Source: a virus
IMG/VR virus record: IMGVR_UViG_3300049847_000494
Location: 32,001-96,000 of that record
Direction: 5' to 3' (one strand)
DNA: 64,000 bases
A model generated the notes under the pieces. It saw only the letters and a program-made list of their open reading frames with translations, ran no database searches and was not told the DNA's origin. A program made the translations under genes and the position numbers. This document shows positions 47,244-55,600 of the stretch, one piece after another (position 1 is the stretch's first letter; every line of letters starts with the position of its first letter).

Positions 47244-48199
47244 TAGATACCTACATAGTTTTTAAACCAAGAAAGTTGGTCTGGTTTTAGGGCACCTGGG
47301 TCCTGCCCTTCAGGTAATACTACATTTTCAACATAATCAAAAACGCCTTCTAATGAATTTATTATAGATGGAGCAGCCATTTTACCTGCTGCATCACCAT
47401 CCATACAAACATAGACTCGTTTAATTGAAGAGTTAGCTAGATATGCTAGCTTACTTTTAGACCAGTTATTTGTACCTAATATACAAAGAGCTGGAATACC
47501 TGCATTAATTAGGGCGAGAGCATCTATCTGACCTTCAACTAAAACAACGGTGTGTGGACTGTCTTTAATAACGTAATCATACGGGTATAGTATCTTTTTA
47601 GCTTCAGCCCAGGGTGCATTATAGTACTTAGTGATGGTTTTATTATCTAACCTTCTACCTGTGTATCCTACTAAGCGTTTATTTTGATAAAAAGGTAATA
47701 ATAAACGGGGCGTACTATATGTAATAGTACACCCCTGCTTTTCTACTTCTACTGTATGATTCCAGTACTTAGCACCAAGGCTCGTCAGGAAATCTAACGA
47801 TAGCCCTCTGTAACTAGCTTCACTCCAAGGGCTTATATTGGTAGGTAAGGCGCCTGGTTTTTCTAAATCTTTTATTGGCTTAAATTCTTCAACTATTTCT
47901 TTATAAAGCTGAGCTGAGAAATTGGTTGTTGAAGCTTGTAAAGAGTAACAACCTTGGGTTGTACTCTTTAATGTTTGTAATCCAGCTAGCTTAGCAAACT
48001 TATCCCAGGATCCTGACCAATCACAAACCCAACAGTGTACGCGTTTACCATCTTTAGAAATTTCTAACTTGAGCTTGTTTCTGGTTTCAAGTGAAGGGCA
48101 GCTTGGGTTGATACAAGCCGTAGCGAAATCTTTTCGCTTTTCAATAAAGTATCTACCAGAGCTACGTAGCTCTTGTTGGATTATCTGGTAAGGCAGCAT
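47243..48199 (-). CDS. dnaG: DnaG-type DNA primase (zinc finger plus TOPRIM)
   Basis: HCWVC, GYTGR, KYYN, VEGQIDAL, DGDAAG and DPG. Confidence 0.9.
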   Translation of the reverse strand: MLPYQIIQQELRSSGRYFIEKRKDFATACINPSCPSLETRNKLKLEISKDGKRVHCWVCDWSGSWDKFAKLAGLQTLKSTTQGCYSLQASTTNFSAQLYKEIVEEFKPIKDLEKPGALPTNISPWSEASYRGLSLDFLTSLGAKYWNHTVEVEKQGCTITYSTPRLLLPFYQNKRLVGYTGRRLDNKTITKYYNAPWAEAKKILYPYDYVIKDSPHTVVLVEGQIDALALINAGIPALCILGTNNWSKSKLAYLANSSIKRVYVCMDGDAAGKMAAPSIINSLEGVFDYVENVVLPEGQDPGALKPDQLSWFKNYVGI

Positions 48200-48219
48200 G
48201 ACAACTACCTTTACATGAT

Positions 48220-48537
48220 TCAGTCGTGGTTCAATATACTTTTAGTTTGCTTAACCCAACTAAGCAAAGATTGCTTTAATTGTTCTCCTTCTAACTGTGG
48301 TATTAAATTCTCTATAAAAGGTGAAATAGCTTCCAACAGAGAAATATGTACATGAGGTGTAACCAACAGTTGAATCAGTGCCAAATTTTTATCAGGTGAT
48401 GATAATATATCTTGATCAAGAGCTATTTTAGCGAGTTCTGTTATAGAACCGGCTACACCTTCTGTGAAGTAGGTGATAACCTTATCACTATTTTCTTGTG
48501 TTATAGTATATTTAATTAGATTTTCTGAAATTAGCAT
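48220..48537 (-). CDS. hypothetical protein
   Basis: 105 aa. Confidence 0.6.
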   Translation of the reverse strand: MLISENLIKYTITQENSDKVITYFTEGVAGSITELAKIALDQDILSSPDKNLALIQLLVTPHVHISLLEAISPFIENLIPQLEGEQLKQSLLSWVKQTKSILNHD

Positions 48538-48540
48538 TGT

Positions 48541-49671
48541 TTATTTAAACTCATCATTATATACTTTTTTGACATATTTTGGATTAGCAAATTCTTGACT
48601 AACCGATTGTGATATTGTAGAACCTACTGATTCTTTTTGAGAACTCGGTGGTAATACGAAATCAATAAATTTATTTTTAGTTTGTTTTTCTGTTGTTGTA
48701 GCTGCCAGAGCATCAGCCTCTGCTTTATCTGCTGCAGCTTGTTCCTGAGCTTCGAATTTTGATTTTTCAAATTGTGCTTTATACAAAGCTTCTTGTTTGT
48801 TTGCTAATTCATCTGTTAGAGATTGTACTTTAGGTGCTGTTACCCTGGTTGTCCAACTACTGATAAGGTCTTCACTACTTGAAAACTTAGGATCTGTAGA
48901 ACTTACACGAAAAGTAGCGTTCCATTCAATAGAAGCTGGTTTAGCTGCTGATTCATTAACTGATATGGTTACACCAGGTTCAAAAAACCCTTTCAAAACT
49001 ATATTAGGATATAACAAAGTTTGATATGTTATAATTACGTGATTAGGTTTACCATTGGATAGTATTTTTTGCTCATCTAATATAGAGAAAAAATCATAAT
49101 AATCAACTAAACCAGGTGGTAACGTTGGTATAGTTTTATTAGCATCAGAAATAGGAATAAGATTACCAGTTTGGAAAGTAAATTCTATAGAGGGGTTGTC
49201 AAAAAAAGTATCTCTGGAGTCGTCACGCCAGTAATGTGATATGTGCCCGCTACGAGACTGTTGAATAGTACCACGTTGGTTAAATTTCCATGTAATACTC
49301 TTAGGACCAGCCCAAAATAACAAAGGAAGTAACTGCCGAGATTTAGTAGTTACTTTATTACCAGCTAGAGCAGCACTAGTTAATGAGGCATCTAACCTAG
49401 AATCTATGTTTGTTTTCTTCTCTTTATCGGTTATATCTGTTCTACTTTGATCAAATTTAGTTTGTCTATATACAGTCGTTATAATCATGGGAGCATAAAC
49501 GTTAGTAGACCTACCGTTTTTGCTAACTGCATTAATCTTATCATTTTGTGTAGCAATATCATCTCTAAGCCTAGAGATATCACCCGTAAGCTTAACAACA
49601 TCATTAGTAAGATCTACTTGTCGTAGCCCTGAGTTTATAGCAGCAGATAATACGGTAGCGGGGTCTGCCAT
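48541..49671 (-). CDS. putative baseplate hub/tube-initiator-like protein
   Basis: PKSITW...QQSRSG...YW, FQTGN and LKGFF...E...WNATF pattern of tube-like baseplate proteins. Confidence 0.45.
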   Translation of the reverse strand: MADPATVLSAAINSGLRQVDLTNDVVKLTGDISRLRDDIATQNDKINAVSKNGRSTNVYAPMIITTVYRQTKFDQSRTDITDKEKKTNIDSRLDASLTSAALAGNKVTTKSRQLLPLLFWAGPKSITWKFNQRGTIQQSRSGHISHYWRDDSRDTFFDNPSIEFTFQTGNLIPISDANKTIPTLPPGLVDYYDFFSILDEQKILSNGKPNHVIITYQTLLYPNIVLKGFFEPGVTISVNESAAKPASIEWNATFRVSSTDPKFSSSEDLISSWTTRVTAPKVQSLTDELANKQEALYKAQFEKSKFEAQEQAAADKAEADALAATTTEKQTKNKFIDFVLPPSSQKESVGSTISQSVSQEFANPKYVKKVYNDEFK

Positions 49672-49683
49672 GATACCTCTAAT

Positions 49684-49712
49684 ACCAACTTCTAGGTATT
49701 CTAGAAGTTGGT
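49684..49712 (-). promoter_or_regulatory. 12-bp perfect inverted repeat (5' leader hairpin)
   Basis: ACCAACTTCTAG-5 nt-CTAGAAGTTGGT just upstream of a GAGG SD; no U-tract. Confidence 0.55.
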
Positions 49713-49726
49713 GCTAAAAAGTTATA

Positions 49727-50431
49727 TTATTCAGAATCTTCGTAGAATTCAGAATTCTGCTGCCCTCTACGGGTAGCAAACTCTTTCTTAGCGTAGGTCT
49801 CAACTAGACCAGTGGTGTTAGCCACAAGATAAGCGAGATCTGCATCCGTTAGGTCAATAGTTTCTAAATCACTACGAACTTCACGAGCTTTCTTTTCTCG
49901 ACTATTTAAAGCTTCAACAAGAACCTTGACACGAGCTTGTACATCACCGTCATCATCAGACTTTAGAATCTTAACATCATCAAAATCTTCTGAATCTTCA
50001 GGTAAATTGCTTGGCTTATCCCCAGCTACAATTGCTGATCCCTGCTTATGATATAATAGCTCATCATCCTTATTTCCTAGCTCACGCAACTGAGCTATTT
50101 CAGGATTATTGTACTCTTGTCGAGAAAATGCTCGGTGCACATCCTCTGCTGCATGAGGATTATTTTCATAGTATACTTGAGCTTCTGTAGTAGAAACAAG
50201 CTGAATGACCTTTTTGTTTATAAGGTCACGTAAAGCTGTACTATGACGTAGTGTTTCGGGTGTTACGCGATCAGAAATACAAACAGGATGATTGATAGGA
50301 GGCAAAATCAGTTTGACAACTTGACCTGACCTATCTGTCATAGCTAATACAATTTGTCCACGTGGCTTATGGATATTCTTGACCCAAACAGGCTTATTCT
50401 CATCAAGAATTTGATCGATATGCTTAATCAT
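49727..50431 (-). CDS. putative head-associated protein (start reassigned to ATG 50431)
   Basis: AAGGAG SD precedes MIKHIDQ; N-terminal domain paralogous to 1930..2160. Confidence 0.7.
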   Translation of the reverse strand: MIKHIDQILDENKPVWVKNIHKPRGQIVLAMTDRSGQVVKLILPPINHPVCISDRVTPETLRHSTALRDLINKKVIQLVSTTEAQVYYENNPHAAEDVHRAFSRQEYNNPEIAQLRELGNKDDELLYHKQGSAIVAGDKPSNLPEDSEDFDDVKILKSDDDGDVQARVKVLVEALNSREKKAREVRSDLETIDLTDADLAYLVANTTGLVETYAKKEFATRRGQQNSEFYEDSE

Positions 50432-50552
50432 TATTAGACTCCTTAATTTCTTTTTTAAGATCTGCATCATCAGATTCTTCTAGATCCTTCTTTTTAGGAA
50501 GGCTAGATTCTTCTAACTTATCAGAAGGTACGACTACACCATATTTAATCAT
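50424..50552 (-). CDS. small charged protein, 42 aa (MIKYGVVVPSDKLEE...)
   Basis: Fills the gap and overlaps the next start; not in the ORF track. Confidence 0.5.
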   Translation of the reverse strand: MIKYGVVVPSDKLEESSLPKKKDLEESDDADLKKEIKESNND

Positions 50553-50631
50553 TTTATCTACCAACTAACTTTTACATGTTTTATGTAGCTAAAGACTTAG
50601 CTAATAACTAAATAAGGAGTATTCCCTGAAA

Positions 50632-51123
50632 TTAGGAAGTTTTAGCTTTTAAAAATCGATACAAAGAAATAGGTGTAACCGCTGAAGGATCTAAGGTGTC
50701 TGCTTTGGGATAGTTAATAAATTGTAATAAACGAACTAAAGCTTCTGAGCAAAACATAGCTTTAGTATTAAAGGGATTACGCCATTTAAGTTTAAACAGA
50801 TGACCAAACAATACAACTAAAACACCAACTACACCCAAATAATCGTAACGCCGTCCAAGCCATGATATTGCTTTACGCAAAGCTACAGCCTCAATTTGAG
50901 GTAGAGGGACAATATAAACAATTTCATGCTTTTTTGCAAAAGCTTCTAGTGAGATCAGGTGAAAACCAGCAGGTACAGCTTCTAAGATCATATCTGTATC
51001 TAAAAAAGAATTCTTTATAATAAAGAAAGTATGACTGACATTACTCCGAGTAAAAAACCGTATTAGTTTGGAACCAATACTACGACTTTTAGAAAAGCCG
51101 ATACTTACAGCTGTAGTGGTCAT
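50632..51123 (-). CDS. permuted papain-like (NlpC/P60, YiiX/YebB-like) amidase
   Basis: SHT ... LEA ... YD ... FCSE order; GGAGG SD before ATG 51123. Confidence 0.85.
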   Translation of the reverse strand: MTTTAVSIGFSKSRSIGSKLIRFFTRSNVSHTFFIIKNSFLDTDMILEAVPAGFHLISLEAFAKKHEIVYIVPLPQIEAVALRKAISWLGRRYDYLGVVGVLVVLFGHLFKLKWRNPFNTKAMFCSEALVRLLQFINYPKADTLDPSAVTPISLYRFLKAKTS

Positions 51124-51428
51124 TAGTTCCTCCAATGATCAAGTGCATACCAAATGAACAGTAATCCAACAACACACGTTAAAGGATCGCTAATCCAAGC
51201 ATTAAGCCAGGATTCTGGGGTAAGCCAAACATCAGGTTTACGTGGTTCCATGATACGCTCAAAAACTTCCCATACAAAAGCTACACCTAAGCAGGCACCC
51301 ATAGAAATCCAACGATTCCAATGGAAAGACCAAGAAATAGAGCCCATGTAAATCCAAAAACTAACATGAACTATCGTCCAGACATCTAAAAAAGTTCTAC
51401 CTGTTTTTATTGGATATAACCACTCCAT
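51123..51428 (-). CDS. small multi-pass membrane protein (DUF2585/VanZ-like)
   Basis: DVWTIVH, WEVFE and ESWLN...D pattern; GGAGG SD before ATG 51428. Confidence 0.65.
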   Translation of the reverse strand: MEWLYPIKTGRTFLDVWTIVHVSFWIYMGSISWSFHWNRWISMGACLGVAFVWEVFERIMEPRKPDVWLTPESWLNAWISDPLTCVVGLLFIWYALDHWRN

Positions 51429-51450
51429 ATTACCTCCAAAGCTACTAAAC

Positions 51451-52629
51451 TTAAGACTCTGGTTCTGACTTACAATAAAAAGCTGCTGTAGCCATCCAAC
51501 CACCAAAAACACAATCGTGTTCTAAGAACACTCGGATCTCCATACCCTTGGATGAAAATAAAGAAATACTTGTAAGATAATCCCAATCAAATACTGTAAC
51601 AGCTTGTTGTTGAGACCTCCAATTACTAGGAGATCCCATAGCAGGATAAGCTACGTAAGACCTAAAAGCATCATTTTGAAAATCACTAAGAGCTTTATAA
51701 GCTACACGTTGTAGTCGAATTTTATAACCAATACCATAAGGTATGCCATAGGCTGTCATTTGAGCTGACGTAAGGAAAAAATCGGCAATACCCCATACTT
51801 CAAAAATAACAGAGTCATTAACTTCTACATCTAGAGAAAATTGACATTCAGCTATTTCAAGACAAAGTTTTTTACCTGTAGCTGGTGCTATTGTAAAGCG
51901 ACTAGCTGTACCATTAGCTAATGCCAAGTTAACCCAGTGGTATGTAACATTAACTTGATCTGTCGCAGTTAACGCAGAAAGAAATGTTATTTCACCAGTA
52001 TCATAATTTACTGTAAAATCTCCACCAGTACCAAAATGAGGATCTTGTTCGACTTTGTTTACAGCAGATCCGCCTTGCGGTGTTACAGTAACATGAACGC
52101 GATAATCATGTCCTTGCGCATCTACTAAGTTATCTTCCCCTGTAATTCTACCATGATAAGTATCTATGAGGGGACTATGAGCTAATTTATAAATCGTATG
52201 TGATCCTAAATCTGTCGCTACCTCATTTGAAACATATGTAGATTTGGGATACCAGGTAGTAGGATCAGTGTAATCACAAGAAAAAAAGTTTATACGATCC
52301 CCACTTGTCTTTTCATTAGCAATACGTAGTTTTCCATCATCGGTTAACTTATGAAGAGGCTCATTAAACTTTGATTTATAATAGGTTTCAAAATCTGCCT
52401 TATCCGTATTATTTTGTGATTGACTATATTCATTTTCCAAGGTATAAGGTATAACATCTTTCCAGATCGTACAAAGATGGACTTCTGTTGCATCGTAAAA
52501 CCAAACAGTATATACTATACCATCATCATCGTACTGCGGAATAGCTTTCCGTGATATAAGAGCAGATTTCCAAGCTACCCATCGATAAAACCGTTGTGTT
52601 AAATTAGATCCAAATATAACATTTGGCAT
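51451..52629 (-). CDS. putative virion structural protein
   Basis: Contains the DFTVNYDTGEITF...VNVTY module; follows the fibre gene. Confidence 0.6.
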   Translation of the reverse strand: MPNVIFGSNLTQRFYRWVAWKSALISRKAIPQYDDDGIVYTVWFYDATEVHLCTIWKDVIPYTLENEYSQSQNNTDKADFETYYKSKFNEPLHKLTDDGKLRIANEKTSGDRINFFSCDYTDPTTWYPKSTYVSNEVATDLGSHTIYKLAHSPLIDTYHGRITGEDNLVDAQGHDYRVHVTVTPQGGSAVNKVEQDPHFGTGGDFTVNYDTGEITFLSALTATDQVNVTYHWVNLALANGTASRFTIAPATGKKLCLEIAECQFSLDVEVNDSVIFEVWGIADFFLTSAQMTAYGIPYGIGYKIRLQRVAYKALSDFQNDAFRSYVAYPAMGSPSNWRSQQQAVTVFDWDYLTSISLFSSKGMEIRVFLEHDCVFGGWMATAAFYCKSEPES

Positions 52630-52640
52630 ATATCTATCCT

Positions 52641-55600
52641 TTATGCATCATAACTATCAAAAGATCCTGTATAAGTAATGCTAGTTGCACTAGATGTAGT
52701 TACATACATTACTATACGTGCTGGACCCGTTACTTGAACTACCGATCCGTAGTTCCGAGGTAGCGAGTTTACAGCACCAGATATTCGGATAAAGTCCGAT
52801 ATTTGTACTTCACCAGAATTAGCTACTATATTTTTTCTCTTTAGTACAGCAACACTCGTTCCACCTGAAACCGTAGAATTGTTACCGTGAAACACGCTAG
52901 TTACGTTACCTGTTTTACCTGATTGTATATAATGATGAGCCCAAAATGTTCTATTATCGGTAGCGGCTATGGTCCCTACCAAAGTTCCACCACCTGCTGC
53001 CCCTGTGAATAGGGATATAATGCCAGCATTAGCACCCCCTGTGCCCCATGTTAATCCTTCTATTTTATCTATGAAACATTTAGTAGTAGTCACTAAGTTC
53101 ACAGGTGTTGTACCATTTAAAGTTACATCTTCTGTACCAACTGTGGCACCTGTGGAATCCATCCAAGTTATGCGTAAACTACGCATACCAGTACCAGCAG
53201 CAGCATCAGCCGCGTTATTTGATGAAACGGACCCAGTAAAGTTTGTAGTTTGTTCTGTATATGCTGTACGTCGAATAGCAGCAGTAGTAACCGAGCTAAG
53301 AGCCACATCACCCATAGATAAGAGAGGCGTTGAATTAAGTGGAGAAGTAGTTGTGGGGATCGCAGGTTGATTTGGTGATAGAACAACAACTAAAGCACGA
53401 TCACCTACAACAGGCGCTGTAGAAGCAGCTTTAACAGCAACAGGACCAGTTGTACCGTCTGATATTTGATAAAATATAGCTCTACTTACAGCATCACCTG
53501 TAGGCATAGCATTAGTACCGTCCGTTACACGGACGGGCCAATTTCCAGAAAGAGCTGCAGCAGTGCCTTGGTTAGCTGTTACTGTACCATCAACAGTAAG
53601 TGACCCGCCATTATCAGTAACCGGTATAGCTGTTTGGTTACTAGCAATAACAACAGGAGATGAAGCTGCCATGGTAGCTTGACCTGCAGCTAATGTCTTG
53701 GTATTAATTGCAGTTAAGGTTGTTTCGGTAGCAGCTCCAGTAGGTAAGGGTAAGGAAGCTGCACTTACTGGTTGAGTTACACTTGAGCCATCAACTCGTA
53801 AATTACCAGTAGTAGTTAGCGATAAAAAGTTTAGTTGCCCTGTAGTATATGAAGGGGCTGCTGTCGTTACAGATCCTCCTATAGACGTTGCTTGAGCTGG
53901 TGGTGCAGAACCTGTTGCACTAACGCTAGGGTTGCTAGCAACAATTGGGTTATTAGGGCTAATAGCTACTACTAAAGCAGGGTCAGCAGCAACAGCAGCT
54001 GTACTTGCTGCTTTTACAGCTACTAAGGTAGTACCATCTGTAATACGAGTTCGCTGATTATTACCAGTTAGGGTTGCATCAAGGGCTAAACCATTAGTAG
54101 TACCAATGTTAGCTGTTACTGTACCAGTTATAGGTTGAGTAGTAGTACCTGTAGGATCAATTCTTAGTGGATCTGTTGATGTACCTGCTTCGACAGTACC
54201 ACCAGAAGCAGATTTTCTTATTATAGCTCCAAGTACATACTGAGTACCAGCACCCGTATCACCGTCAAATACTCGAATACTTCGTAAGTTAGTACCATCA
54301 GATCCACCAATCTGGGTCGAGGATCCTGGTATTGCTACGTTGTTAGTACTTACTGACGGGTTAGTTGCGGTTAAGCTACTATTAGGGCTAATAGCTACTA
54401 CAAGCGCTGGGTCGGTAGCTACGGGGGCAGTAGAAGCAGCTTTAACAGCAGCTGTATTCGTACCATCGTTTAACTTTGTTGTTTGGTTACCTATAATTGT
54501 TTGATTTGCAGAAGTTGCAGCACCTGTAGGTAAAGGTAAAGAAGCTGCTGACACTGGTTGTGTTGTTGTCCCTGTAGGATCAATTCTTAATGGATCAGCA
54601 GATGTACCCGCTTCTACAGTACCGCCTGAAGCTGACTTCCTTAATATTGCACCAAGTACATACTGTGTACCAGCACCCGTATCTCCATCAAATACTCGAA
54701 TACTTTGAAGGTTGGTACCATCAGATCCCCCTATTTGTGTAGAGGATCCAGGTATAGCAGAGTTATTAGTGCTTACAGAAGGGTTAGTTGCTGTTATACT
54801 GCTATTAGGGCTAATAGCTACTACAAGAGCAGGATCGGCTGCTACAGCTGCGGTGCTTGCGGCTTTAACAGCAGCCGTATTGGTACCATCAGTTACCCTG
54901 GTAGTTTGGGTACCACCCGTTAGAGTAGCGTTAAGAGCCAAACCATTAGTTGTCCCAATATTAGCAGTGACGGTAAATGAGCTTTGATCTGAAGCTATTA
55001 CTACTGGGGTACTGTTAGCCATGGTCTTTTGACCAAGAGTATTAATTCTACTTGTAAAGGTAGAATCTGCTAATCTGGAAGCTAAAGTTGTCTCAGTAGC
55101 TGCACCTGTAGGTAAGGGTAGAGAAGCTGCACTTATTGGTTGTGTAGTAGTTCCTGTAGGATCAATTCTTAGTGGATCAGCTGATGTACCAGCTTCGACT
55201 GTACCACCAGAAGCTGACTTCCTTAGTATTGCACCAAGTACATATTGGGTACCAGCCCCTGTATCCCCATCAAATACTCGGATACTTTGTAGGTTCGTAC
55301 CATCAGATCCACCCATTTGGGTAGATGATCCAGGTATTGTAGAGTTATTAGTACTTACTGAGGGATTGGTTGCTGTTACTGTACCAGATATAGGAACGGT
55401 TTGACCACCAGAGACTCCTTGAATGCTGACTACACCACCAGATGGTGTACCTGCTGTACCTAACCCTACGATTGTAGCATTTAGGTTTGAAGCTGTTGCT
55501 TGAGTTACCGCATTTGTCCAAGTACCAGATTGAGTAACAGCTACCGTATTATTAGGGCTTATAGCTACTACAAGAGCAGGATCAGTAGCTACAGCTGCTG

